The notes: a model not told the origin generated them from the letters alone. A stretch of DNA of 39,557 nt from Minisyncoccota bacterium (GCA_040879605.1 JBBDKB010000007.1:1-39557), one strand, 5' to 3'. Positions 9,420-18,418 are shown, counted from the stretch's first letter. Numbers and translations are program-made.

Positions 9420-10478
9420 ATGATTCTTGATGTTGTCAAAGTAATGACCCCGGCCACTTTGGCGTTTTTCATTGGTATCCTTCTCACTCCGCTTGTTGCT
9501 CATTATCTCTACAAACATCGGGCATGGAAGAAAACTGGCGGCAAGGAGAACGCCCCCATTTTTAACTCACTTCATAAAGACAGAGAAATAAAAACTCCTA
9601 TCATGGGTGGGGTCATTATCTGGGCGAGTGTGCTTGTAACTATTAGCGGCGTGTGGCTTTCCGCGCACCTCTTAGGAAGTTCTTTCCTTGAAAAGCTTGA
9701 TTTCTTAAGCCGCGATCAGACATGGCTTCCGCTTTTCACTCTTGTTGTTGGTGCTTTTGTTGGCCTCTGGAATGATATTTTTGAAATAAAGGCAAGTGAA
9801 AGAAGTCACGAAAAGGGGATTTCTTTAAGTGTACGGCTTTTGATTGTAGCAGTTATTGGTACATTTGCCGCGTGGTGGTTCTATGACAAACTTGAAGTTG
9901 CTTCTATTGGAATCCCATTCGCGGAAGATCTTTCACTCGGCATATTTTTCATACCATTCTTTGTCCTCGTAATGCTTGCAGTATATGCAGGTGGAGTAAT
10001 TGACGGAATAGATGGACTCTCAGGGGGAGTTTTTGCCACGATTTTCACTGCATACGCTGGAATTGCCTTTGCGCAAGAGCAAATTAATCTCGCCGCTTTT
10101 TCAGCAACAGTAGCCGGAGCGATCCTCGCTTTTTTGTGGTTTAACGTCCCACCGGCACGCTTTTACATGTCTGAAACAGGAACTATGGGACTCACGCTCA
10201 CGCTCACCGTGGTCGCGTTTCTTGCCGATACGTTGGGCGGGGGGCACGGAGTCTTCGCGCTTCCCATTATTGCCTTCCCGCTTGTTGCAACCGTCGCATC
10301 AAATATTATCCAGGTCTCTTCAAAGAAACTCCTCAAGAAAAAAGTATTTCAGGTCGCGCCACTTCATCATCACTTTGAAGCAATCGGATGGCCGAGCGCG
10401 AAAGTTACTATGCGCTATTGGATTATCAGTATCATGATGGCGCTTCTTGGAGTAATTGTTGCCCTTATCGGAGTTTGA
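9420..10478 (+). CDS. mraY: Phospho-N-acetylmuramoyl-pentapeptide transferase
   Basis: 10-TM protein with 'DGIDGLSGG', 'NDIFEI' and 'PLHHHFE' MraY motifs. AGGAGG lies 4 nt upstream of the ATG. Confidence 0.95.
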   Translation: MILDVVKVMTPATLAFFIGILLTPLVAHYLYKHRAWKKTGGKENAPIFNSLHKDREIKTPIMGGVIIWASVLVTISGVWLSAHLLGSSFLEKLDFLSRDQTWLPLFTLVVGAFVGLWNDIFEIKASERSHEKGISLSVRLLIVAVIGTFAAWWFYDKLEVASIGIPFAEDLSLGIFFIPFFVLVMLAVYAGGVIDGIDGLSGGVFATIFTAYAGIAFAQEQINLAAFSATVAGAILAFLWFNVPPARFYMSETGTMGLTLTLTVVAFLADTLGGGHGVFALPIIAFPLVATVASNIIQVSSKKLLKKKVFQVAPLHHHFEAIGWPSAKVTMRYWIISIMMALLGVIVALIGV

Positions 10479-10479
10479 T

Positions 10480-11577
10480 ATGACGCGAAAGATTGACCGC
10501 CCATTTTTGATTGCCGTTATCGTGCTCCTCGTTGTGGGCTTTTTTATTTTTGCATCCGCATCTTTTAGCCTGCTCGCTCGCGAAGGCGCACGCTTTTCTT
10601 CAGTTGCTTTCAGCCAGCTGGTTTTTGGAATTTTCGGAGGTAGCATTGCACTTATTATTCTCTCTAATATCAACTACAAAATTTGGAGAAAACATGCATT
10701 CTATATTTTTATTGGTTCAGTCCTCCTTACACTTCTTGTGTTTGTTCCAGGAATCGGACTGGAGTATAACGGCGCAACGCGATGGCTTTCAGTCGGGCCT
10801 TTTACATTTCAGCCCGCGGAATTTTTGAAACTTGGGTTTGTTATGTACTTTGCTTCCTGGCTTGTAACAAACAGAGACCGCCTCACCAAATCTATGACAA
10901 CTGGGGTCATTTCGATTGTAGCGTTTGTTGGAGTTGTTGGGGCAATTTTGCTTGCGCAACCGGATACAGACACCTTCCTTGTCATTGCTGCAGCGGCCAT
11001 CGCGATGTTTATTGCCGCGGGTGGAAGGTGGCGTGATCTTGGAATCCTCTCAATTATCTTGCTTATAGGAATTGCAGTGATTGCGTTCTCACGCCCTTAT
11101 ATACAAGAGCGCATTGCAACCTTCCTGGACCCTTCGCTTGACCCACAGGGGAGTAGCTACCAAATCCAACAGTCATTGATCGCAATCGGGTCCGGAGAGA
11201 TTTTTGGGAGAGGGTTTGGACAAAGTGTGCAAAAATTTAACTATCTTCCCGAGCCAATTGGGGATTCAATTTTTTCAGTGGCCGCAGAAGAGTTCGGATT
11301 TGTTGGTGCCGTATTTCTAGTTGGGCTTTTCCTTTTTTTTGCCATCCGAGGTCTCCGGATTGCCACCAGAGCTCCTGACTATTTCAGTGGACTCCTTGTC
11401 GTTGGCATTGTTATACTAATCACATCGCAGGCTTTTGTTAACATTGGCTCGATGCTTGGCCTTATTCCTATCACAGGACTTCCTCTTCCGTTTGTAAGCC
11501 ACGGTGGAAGTGCTCTCTTCCTCACTCTCGCAAGCGTCGGTGTCGTGCTCAACATCTCTAAGTACATGCGCACTTGA
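10480..11577 (+). CDS. ftsW: SEDS-family peptidoglycan polymerase FtsW/RodA
   Basis: Polytopic protein with 'QPAEFLK', 'PDTDT', 'YQIQQSLIAIGSGEIFGRGFGQS', 'LPEPIGDSIF' and 'LPLPFVSHGGSAL' SEDS motifs. It lies between mraY and murG. Confidence 0.9.
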   Translation: MTRKIDRPFLIAVIVLLVVGFFIFASASFSLLAREGARFSSVAFSQLVFGIFGGSIALIILSNINYKIWRKHAFYIFIGSVLLTLLVFVPGIGLEYNGATRWLSVGPFTFQPAEFLKLGFVMYFASWLVTNRDRLTKSMTTGVISIVAFVGVVGAILLAQPDTDTFLVIAAAAIAMFIAAGGRWRDLGILSIILLIGIAVIAFSRPYIQERIATFLDPSLDPQGSSYQIQQSLIAIGSGEIFGRGFGQSVQKFNYLPEPIGDSIFSVAAEEFGFVGAVFLVGLFLFFAIRGLRIATRAPDYFSGLLVVGIVILITSQAFVNIGSMLGLIPITGLPLPFVSHGGSALFLTLASVGVVLNISKYMRT

Positions 11578-11715
11578 TCCCGTACAAAATCCATGGTGAA
11601 GTTTGATATCAGTCGTTATTACAAAACACATGCAAAGCTATAAACACATTATCAGTTTAAGCACGGAAACCTTACGCCGGTTAGACACGGCGTAAGGTTT
11701 CCTATTTCGCACGGG
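11578..11715 (+). mobile_element. Possible diverged member of the TCCCG...CGGGA TIR element family, filling the ftsW-murG junction
   Basis: TGA|TCCCGTACAAAA ... TTTCGCACGGGA|TGA. The termini match 10/12 as inverted repeats. The element starts at the base after the ftsW stop and ends at the murG ATG. It contains a 15-bp hairpin at 11665-11702. Confidence 0.35.
11665..11702 (+). terminator. Strong 15-bp hairpin between ftsW and murG (terminator/attenuator-like)
   Basis: GGAAACCTTACGCCG-N8-CGGCGTAAGGTTTCC followed by TATTT. The arms are related to the 4632-4667 palindrome. Confidence 0.45.
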
Positions 11716-12846
11716 ATGAAAATTCTTTTTACAGGAGGTGGGACAGGAGGACACTTCTATCCCATTATTGCAGTCGCTGAAGAGATTCAGAATATTGCGC
11801 TTGAGCGAAATCTTGTGACGCCGTCTCTTTATTATGTGGGACCGGAGCCCTATGATGAGCGCATTCTTTTTGAGAAGGGGGTAGAGTACAAGCAAAGCCC
11901 TGCAGGAAAAATTCGCCGTTACCCATCTCTTAAGAACTTTTTTGATCTCTTCAAAACCGCGATTGGACTCCTAAAGTCTTTGTGGATTCTTTTTTTTATT
12001 TACCCGGATGTAGTATTTAGCAAAGGCGGATATACTACGTTTCCGGTAACACTTGCAGCACGTATTCTCCGCATTCCGGTTGTTGTGCACGAGTCTGATG
12101 CTGTAGCAGGAAGGGCAAATATTTTTGCAGGAAAGTTTGCAACAAAAATCGCGATTGCATATCCGGACGCTGCAAAATACTTTCCGGGAAAAGAAGTTGC
12201 CTACTTTGGAAACCCTGTGCGCGACGCAATTAAAAGACCCGCAACAGAAGGAGCCCATGAGTATTTGAAGCTTGACAAGGAAGTCCCAACGCTTCTTATC
12301 ATGGGAGGCTCCCAAGGCTCCCAAGCAATCAATGAAGTGGTGATGCGCGCGCTCCCACAGCTTGTCCTAAAGTACCAAGTAATTCACCAGACAGGAGAAG
12401 CTCACGTTGAAGAGATTAAAATCACCTCATCAGTCATTCTTGAAAAGAGCGAACACAAAGAGCGTTACAAGGCGTTTGGGTATTTGAATGACCTTGCACT
12501 TCGAATGGCGGTGGGGGCAAGCGCCCTTATTATTTCCAGGGCGGGATCGGGAGCTATTTTTGAGATTGCGATGTGGGGCAAGCCGGCCATCTTGATACCC
12601 ATTCCGGATCAAGTAAGCAGAGATCAAAGGAAAAATGCGTTTTCATTCGCTCGATCAGGCGCGGCAATTGTCATTGAAGAGCACAACTTAACGCCCAACG
12701 TTTTTATCGCAGAAGTGAATAGATTAATGGATGATGAGACAAGGCGTGCCACCATGGGGGAAGCCGCTAAGAAATTCGCAAAGCCGAACGCAGCACGTGC
12801 AATTGCGGAAGGGATTGTTAACGTAGCACTGGGACATGAAAGATAG
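11716..12846 (+). CDS. murG: UDP-N-acetylglucosamine--N-acetylmuramyl-(pentapeptide) pyrophosphoryl-undecaprenol GlcNAc transferase
   Basis: 'MKILFTGGGTGGHFYPIIAVAEE' G-loop, 'IMGGSQGSQAIN' and 'ISRAGSGAIFEI' MurG motifs. Confidence 0.95.
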   Translation: MKILFTGGGTGGHFYPIIAVAEEIQNIALERNLVTPSLYYVGPEPYDERILFEKGVEYKQSPAGKIRRYPSLKNFFDLFKTAIGLLKSLWILFFIYPDVVFSKGGYTTFPVTLAARILRIPVVVHESDAVAGRANIFAGKFATKIAIAYPDAAKYFPGKEVAYFGNPVRDAIKRPATEGAHEYLKLDKEVPTLLIMGGSQGSQAINEVVMRALPQLVLKYQVIHQTGEAHVEEIKITSSVILEKSEHKERYKAFGYLNDLALRMAVGASALIISRAGSGAIFEIAMWGKPAILIPIPDQVSRDQRKNAFSFARSGAAIVIEEHNLTPNVFIAEVNRLMDDETRRATMGEAAKKFAKPNAARAIAEGIVNVALGHER

Positions 12847-14227
12847 AATATTTCAAGCATTATTTGGTGGAGAACCAACTGAGAAAAAGGTTGTAACCCG
12901 AGCGGCGCCAAGCCCAACGGGACGATTGCATGTGGGGACTGCGCGTACCATACTTTTTAATTATTTATATGCAAAGAAACATGGCGGAAAGTTTCTGCTT
13001 CGCACAGAGGACACCGATCCAACAAGAAGTAAAGAGGAGTTCGAGAAAGATATTCTTAATTCTATTAAGTGGCTCCATCTTGAGTATGATGAATTCCATC
13101 GTCAAAGCGAGAGGAGAGGGACTCACTCTCACTACATTAAGATTCTTCTTGAAAAAGGTGTGGCATATAAATCCCGCGAACAAAAGAAGAGCGGGGAAGG
13201 AGATGTTGAAGTTATCCGCCTAAGAAATCCTGGAAGGCACGTTTCCTTTAAAGACAAGATAAGGGGAGATATCACATTTGACACAACAGAGCTTGGGGAC
13301 TTTGTGATCGCTCGTTCTGAGACTGACCCACTCTACCACCTGGCAGTTGTTGTTGATGATTTTAATATGGGCGTGACGCATGTTATTCGAGGGGAAGATC
13401 ACATTTCAAACACTCCTCGACAAATCCTCATCCAAGAAGCACTCGGATTTCCACGCCCAATATATGCACATCTACCTCTTCTTTTGGCACCAGATAAGAG
13501 CAAGCTTTCCAAGCGGCACGAAAATCCAAACTTTTCAACTTCGCTTTCTGACTACGAAGAGATGGGGTACTTAAGTGAAGCTGTGCTTAACTACCTCGCA
13601 CTTCTGGGCTGGAACCCGGGCACTGACCGGGAGTTTTTCACCCTCAAGGAGCTCACTCAAGAATTTGATTTTAAAGGCATACAGAAAGGTGGTGCAATAT
13701 TTAATCTTGAAAAGCTTGACTGGTTCAATCAAGCTTACATGAGAATGCTCCCGCCCGCTGATTTTCTCAAGCGTGTCGAGCAATTTTTGCCACCCCACTT
13801 CTTTAGTGATCAAAAGAAGTTAAAGCGCGTGCTTCTTCTTATGCAGGAGAGAATCGTCACGTTCAAAGAGTTAAAAGAACTCTTAGTACAAGGGGAGTAC
13901 GATTATTTTTTCGAGGAGCCGGAGTATGACCCTTCACTCCTTCTTTGGAAAGGAAAGGGGGAGCTCTCACTTGCAAGAGAGCATCTTGAAAGAATTCTCT
14001 TCTCACTTGAGGAGGTAACACCATTTCTTGAAGGTGAGATAAAGCAAACAATCTGGTCTTACGCAGAAGAGAAGGGGAGAGGGGAAGTCCTGTGGCCTTT
14101 TCGGGTAGCACTATCTGGTAGAGAGAAGTCTCCAAGTCCTTTTGAATTGGCAGAAATTTTAGGGAAGCAGGAAACACTTGAGCGCTTAAGGCGCGCCACT
14201 GAAAAGATAGACGAGAAAAGAATATGA
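12836..14227 (+). CDS. gltX: Glutamyl-tRNA synthetase
   Basis: 'RAAPSPTGRLHVGTARTILFNYL' (HIGH region), 'RTEDTD' and 'KLSKR'. 463 aa, overlapping the murG stop by 11 nt. Confidence 0.93.
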   Translation: MKDRIFQALFGGEPTEKKVVTRAAPSPTGRLHVGTARTILFNYLYAKKHGGKFLLRTEDTDPTRSKEEFEKDILNSIKWLHLEYDEFHRQSERRGTHSHYIKILLEKGVAYKSREQKKSGEGDVEVIRLRNPGRHVSFKDKIRGDITFDTTELGDFVIARSETDPLYHLAVVVDDFNMGVTHVIRGEDHISNTPRQILIQEALGFPRPIYAHLPLLLAPDKSKLSKRHENPNFSTSLSDYEEMGYLSEAVLNYLALLGWNPGTDREFFTLKELTQEFDFKGIQKGGAIFNLEKLDWFNQAYMRMLPPADFLKRVEQFLPPHFFSDQKKLKRVLLLMQERIVTFKELKELLVQGEYDYFFEEPEYDPSLLLWKGKGELSLAREHLERILFSLEEVTPFLEGEIKQTIWSYAEEKGRGEVLWPFRVALSGREKSPSPFELAEILGKQETLERLRRATEKIDEKRI

Positions 14228-15501
14228 AGCAGCTTTTTCTTTCTATTGGTCTTTTTCTTTTTTTTACCTCTCCGGTCTTTGCACAATCGGTAGATGAACT
14301 GCGCTTAAAAATTGAGGAGCAGACAAAGAAAATCCAAAAACTTGAGAAAGAGATCGGGCAGTACCAGAATGAGATTGAAGGAGTGCAAAAAGAGGCAGAT
14401 ACACTTCAAGGAGCCATAAAAGAGCTTGATATCACAAGTAGGCAGCTTCAAACAGATATCTCTGCGACGCAGAGCAAAATCACGCGAGCAAATTTAAACA
14501 TTGAAGCTCTTGAGATTGAAATTAGAGATAAGGAGCGAAAAATGAAGCAACATATGGAGGCGATGGCGAACTCCATCCGTCGCCTCTATGAGCTTGAGGC
14601 TGAAAGTTTTATTGAGACGCTTATAGCAACAAGCGATCTCTCGGAGTTTTGGCAGGAAGTCGCGGAACTTGAACGGTTCCAAAGCACTATTCAAGGTGAT
14701 TTGGAGGCCCTAAGAGAGGCGCGCAAAGCGCTTGCAAGCACCGTGGAGAAACACGAGGGTGAAAAGCAGAATTTGGTCTCATTTAGAGCACAGCTTGCCG
14801 ACAAGCGGACGATTGTGGAGGGAACAAAGACCCAGAAAGATGATCTTCTGGATGAAACAAAAAATGAAGAGGCACGTTATAAAGAACTTCTTGCAGAGAA
14901 GTTACGACAAAAAGTAGAGTTTGAGAGTCAATTGAACTCATTTGAGGCAGATCTTCAAATTGCCATAGATCCTGACTCATTCCCAAACGCGGGGAATACT
15001 GTGTTTGCATGGCCTCTTGATAACATACGCATCACGCAGAGTTTTGGTGGAACGGAGTTTGCGGCCCAAAACCCACACGTCTATGGACGACCATTTCATA
15101 ATGGAACAGATTTTGGCGCTCTTGTCGGAACTCCCCTCAAAGCTGTTTTAAGTGGAACAATACGGGCAACCGGAAACACCGATGCGATTTCCGGATGTTA
15201 TTCATATGGGAAGTGGATTCTTCTTGACCATCCTAACGGCCTCTCAACACTCTATGCGCATCTCTCGCTTATCCGATCTGTGCCGGGGCAAAAGGTTAAG
15301 ACAAGAGAGATAATCGGCTATACCGGCAATACAGGATACAGTACCGGGCCACACCTGCATCTTACTACCTATGTCTCAAAAGCGGTTGAGGTGGTTCGCT
15401 TTGGTAACGTAAAGAAAGTAACAAATTGCGGTGCAGCTGATATTCCTGTTGCGCCACATAATGGGTATCTTGATCCGCTTTCGTATCTTCCAGCACTCTA
15501 A
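14224..15501 (+). CDS. Secreted coiled-coil / M23 metallopeptidase (EnvC-like murein hydrolase)
   Basis: Signal peptide, then a ~230-aa heptad-rich Q/E/K region. The C-terminal LytM domain has 'HNGTDF' and 'GPHLHL' zinc ligand motifs. Confidence 0.85.
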   Translation: MKQLFLSIGLFLFFTSPVFAQSVDELRLKIEEQTKKIQKLEKEIGQYQNEIEGVQKEADTLQGAIKELDITSRQLQTDISATQSKITRANLNIEALEIEIRDKERKMKQHMEAMANSIRRLYELEAESFIETLIATSDLSEFWQEVAELERFQSTIQGDLEALREARKALASTVEKHEGEKQNLVSFRAQLADKRTIVEGTKTQKDDLLDETKNEEARYKELLAEKLRQKVEFESQLNSFEADLQIAIDPDSFPNAGNTVFAWPLDNIRITQSFGGTEFAAQNPHVYGRPFHNGTDFGALVGTPLKAVLSGTIRATGNTDAISGCYSYGKWILLDHPNGLSTLYAHLSLIRSVPGQKVKTREIIGYTGNTGYSTGPHLHLTTYVSKAVEVVRFGNVKKVTNCGAADIPVAPHNGYLDPLSYLPAL

Positions 15502-16067
15502 AAACTGAAGCTTGGAAGTAATCCACATATCCATTTGGAGAAGAAGCAGAAACCTTCTAGACTAAGAAAACAGGAGTTCTCCGAAGACCCAACTAAGCCC
15601 AAAAGGGAGGGGCAAAAGTAATGACGCAAGTAACAACGCATCCCGATCTCTTTGACGGGGAAACCCCACTCATTGATAGGGAGGAACCGGAAAGGCAAAT
15701 TCCGCTCAGCTTGTCGTATCAATCCACACAAGCCGAAAAAGAGCACCAGCGACATCGTGTCTGTGCCGCCAGCAACAACGGCTCAGTCACGGAGACGTGA
15801 AGCGGTCTCTGCCACCCGCAAAAGAGAGACCCGAGTTATGAAAAAGCTCGGGTCTCATTGTCCACATTGTCCTAGGAGTCAAGTTAAGTTAAAGAGTGGG
15901 TGGGGGCTTATGAGTTCGCTCTTCGCTTTCTTCTGTATGGACCGGAAAGATATATTGTGCGACGTATATATGTTCTTAGCGCCGGCACTCTTCCCTACGC
16001 TTAGAGCTATACTATAGAGGTGCCCGCGTGGTGCGACGTTAAACCCATTCCCTCTTCTCCTAAGCAA

Positions 16068-16382
16068 CTAAGGAGCTGTGATAACTTGATATTCATCTTC
16101 ATACAGAACATCCTTCGGCTTTTTGTCCACTTCTTCAATAGTTACGGCGCCATTTATGACAGACTTGTGCCAATCAAAGAGACCTGATTCTTTGTATCGC
16201 TCTAAACCTTTTTGAGTCCAGTAAGACACTGCTCCAGGAAAATCTTGCCCAACTTTCTTAAGCCACGAGCCGTCAGGCTTTCCTTCCCTTCTTGGATCAT
16301 CCTTAAGGCAATCTTGCTCTACTGCCTCATAAATGCCCTTCCCGTTCACAGTAATTCTAAAGAATTTTTCGTTTGCTTTCAT
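16068..16382 (-). CDS. Hypothetical 104-aa soluble protein
   Basis: Clean ORF with protein-like composition (MKANEKFFRITVNGKGIYEAVEQD...). No family recognised. Confidence 0.5.
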   Translation of the reverse strand: MKANEKFFRITVNGKGIYEAVEQDCLKDDPRREGKPDGSWLKKVGQDFPGAVSYWTQKGLERYKESGLFDWHKSVINGAVTIEEVDKKPKDVLYEDEYQVITAP

Positions 16383-16467
16383 AATAATCTATTTGCTTTT
16401 CTTTTTAGTCTAGTACAAATCCACGTTATACTTGAGACATTAAAAATAACAAGTGTAAGTTTTGATT

Positions 16468-16869
16468 ATGCAATGTATTGAGCAGTATGCGCCATTTGTG
16501 GCCCGCGTGCTTGTTGGTGGGTACTTTCTTTGGGCAGGAATTCAGAAGATATTTGGATTTGAGGGGACAACCGCTTTTGTTGAGGCCCTCGGCCTCCCCC
16601 TCCCTATGGCTCTCGCTGCCATTGCTTTACTTATTGAAGTAGGAGCCGGACTCGCGCTTATCATTGGATTTAAAGTGAAATGGGCGGCTCTTTCACTTGC
16701 CGCATTTGTGCTCGTAGTGAATCTCATCGTACACACAAACTTCTCTGAGGGAATGCAGTTAACTATCTTCTTAAAGAATATCGCAATTTTTGGAGGACTT
16801 CTCTACATGGCTGCCTACGGCGCAGGACGTATTGCAGTCGACACCAATGGAGCGCCGCACGCAATATAA
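16468..16869 (+). CDS. DoxX-family membrane protein
   Basis: Four-TM ~130-aa protein. 'ARVLVGGYFLWAGIQKIFGFEGTTAFVEALGLP' matches the DoxX pattern. ATG 16468 preferred over TTG 16462. Confidence 0.8.
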   Translation: MQCIEQYAPFVARVLVGGYFLWAGIQKIFGFEGTTAFVEALGLPLPMALAAIALLIEVGAGLALIIGFKVKWAALSLAAFVLVVNLIVHTNFSEGMQLTIFLKNIAIFGGLLYMAAYGAGRIAVDTNGAPHAI

Positions 16870-16902
16870 GTGTCACGGAAGAGAAGACAAGAGGGCAATA
16901 CC

Positions 16903-16933
16903 AAAAAGACCGCCCTTCCCGAGCGGTCTTTTT
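16903..16933. terminator. Bidirectional intrinsic terminator between convergent genes
   Basis: AAAAAGACCGC-N9-GCGGTCTTTTT, with A-run/T-run symmetry. Confidence 0.7.
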
Positions 16934-16964
16934 GGATAATGGACTAATTGTTTCTATTTCTTTC

Positions 16965-17348
16965 TTACTTCCGAGCGATATGGTTGTCCCTACCCCAACA
17001 CTTTACAGACGCAAGCCATGGGGTGGTACCTTCTCGCTCAAAGAGATCTCGCGCGTACGCAAGGTTTCCTGGGAGTGTATGGAGATCAAGCCCGAGCGCT
17101 TCGGCTGTATCAGCGTGGAAGTACTCGTTGATCTGCATGACCCCAACGTCACTTGGCACAATATCCCCGCGAAGCACAGAACCGTCACTCCCAAAGTGGC
17201 GAAAGTGTGACTCACAACGGGCAATTTTTGCCATGACCGGAATATCCTTGAAATACGAACGAACATTCTCTTCTATGCTCACTTCCTCAATATCCTCCCC
17301 TGCTGGCGCTGAAAGCGCAGTCGGCACTGACATTGAAGCTGCAAGCAC
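16965..17348 (-). CDS. Secreted lysozyme-like / transglycosylase-like protein (start codon unresolved)
   Basis: 'IARCESHFRHFG...VGVMQINEYFH' resembles the catalytic Glu region and G-x-MQI motif of SLT/transglycosylase-like domains. The signal-peptide h-region extends upstream of the first canonical start (see finding). Confidence 0.6.
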   Translation of the reverse strand: MLAASMSVPTALSAPAGEDIEEVSIEENVRSYFKDIPVMAKIARCESHFRHFGSDGSVLRGDIVPSDVGVMQINEYFHADTAEALGLDLHTLPGNLAYARDLFEREGTTPWLASVKCWGRDNHIARK

Positions 17349-17469
17349 AAATGCAACAAGTGCAATGATGATAAGCCTATTTTTATAGTGCTAATTCGCC
17401 TGCCTCCTGGGATACATCAAATGTATTCGCAAGAGCAAACAAAAAACCCGGGCTTGCCGAGTTTTCAAC

Positions 17470-17497
17470 ATTATAGCAGTAGTTTTAGAATTGTCAA
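17470..17497 (-). promoter_or_regulatory. Consensus sigma70-type promoter (TTGACA-N16-TATAAT) reading toward the transglycosylase-like gene
   Basis: Minus strand: TTGACA (17497-17492), 16-nt spacer, TATAAT (17475-17470). A perfect AGGAGG lies downstream at 17408-17403. Confidence 0.6.
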
Positions 17498-17562
17498 TAG
17501 CAGACCACAATTCTCTCTTTCTGGCAAGGGTGCTCCAGAAAATGGCTCAAATAAGCCCTCTT

Positions 17563-18300
17563 TTAGGCACTTTTTGTGCCTCCATCACTCGCAAAGATAT
17601 TCTTTTTTATATACTCGTACGCTTCTTCTGCATCATCTGCGAGGTAGTAAATGCTCATATCACCTTCTGCAATTGCTTTATTGTCTTCATACACTACCCT
17701 TCTGATCCACGCGAGGAGTGGTTGCCAGTACTCTTTCCCCACCAGGACAACTGGAATATGCTCTACTTTCCCTGTTTGAATCAGTGTTGCCATTTCAAAG
17801 AATTCATCGAGCGTCCCAAAACCACCGGGGAAAAATACATACGCCTCAGCAGAAAATGCGAGCATCACTTTACGCGTAAAGAAGTAATAAAACTCCTTTG
17901 AATTTGTGAGGTAGCGATTAAATTTCTGCTCGTTGGGAAGTTCGATGTTCAAGCCGACAGAATCCCCTCCTGCCTCGTGTGCGCCTTTGTTGGCCGCCTC
18001 CATAATTCCAAACGCACCTCCTGTAATCACCGTAAATCCCTCCTTTGAGAGCATTCCAGAGAGTTTCTCTGCTTCTTGATACATCCGAGGAGAGAGATGG
18101 CTACGCGCGCTTCCAAAGAAAGTGATTGAGGGATTGTGTTTGCGAATAAGCTCAAAGCCATCAACAAACTCCGCCATAATTTTGAAAATCCTCCACGATT
18201 GCATGTAGTGGTGGGTTGACTCTCCATCAAAGAGCTCCCGATCAACGCGGCACTCTTTATCAGGCGATGTATTTTCTTCAAGCGGATTATCTTTCCTCAT
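17563..18300 (-). CDS. LOG-family protein (cytokinin riboside 5'-monophosphate phosphoribohydrolase / TIGR00730 'lysine decarboxylase-like')
   Basis: 'ITGGAFGIMEAANKGAHEAGG' and 'FFPGGFGTLDEFFE' are the two LOG signature motifs. Confidence 0.9.
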   Translation of the reverse strand: MRKDNPLEENTSPDKECRVDRELFDGESTHHYMQSWRIFKIMAEFVDGFELIRKHNPSITFFGSARSHLSPRMYQEAEKLSGMLSKEGFTVITGGAFGIMEAANKGAHEAGGDSVGLNIELPNEQKFNRYLTNSKEFYYFFTRKVMLAFSAEAYVFFPGGFGTLDEFFEMATLIQTGKVEHIPVVLVGKEYWQPLLAWIRRVVYEDNKAIAEGDMSIYYLADDAEEAYEYIKKNIFASDGGTKSA

Positions 18301-18418
18301 CCCGATAGTAACAGATTGCGTTATTCGCCATCTATAAAGTTTTTTTAGTATTTACTCGACCCGTATTCATATCCTCGTACTTCGTACTGTCCCGACGCGA
18401 TCGCCGTTACTATCGGGA
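18301..18418 (-). mobile_element. 118-bp MITE-like element with perfect 12-bp TIRs, inserted at the LOG gene start codon
   Basis: Plus strand: CTCAT|CCCGATAGTAAC ... GTTACTATCGGGA|CTCAT. A 5-bp direct repeat flanks it at 18296-18300 and 18419-23. It is homologous to the units at 20710-20949. Confidence 0.6.

Noticed and set aside
15536-16058. Possible tmRNA: GGAGAAG near 15537 is complementary to CTTCTCC near 16052, like an acceptor stem.
   Set aside because: No GGTTCGAATCC-type T-loop is present on either strand. There is no G:U at the third pair. No tag-like reading frame ends in a hydrophobic ...AA-stop. The span (~520 nt) is too long. An 8-nt complement within 566 nt is expected by chance.
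17391-17393. TAG reassignment (sense-codon use). It would explain the in-frame TAGs at 17391, 38219 and 39018.
   Set aside because: TAG terminates many conserved genes at their expected ends in this same window (aspS, murG, rpmA, dnaB, recR, the P-type ATPase). The TAG-containing genes at 38-39 kb also carry frameshifts and deletions, so they are pseudogenes.
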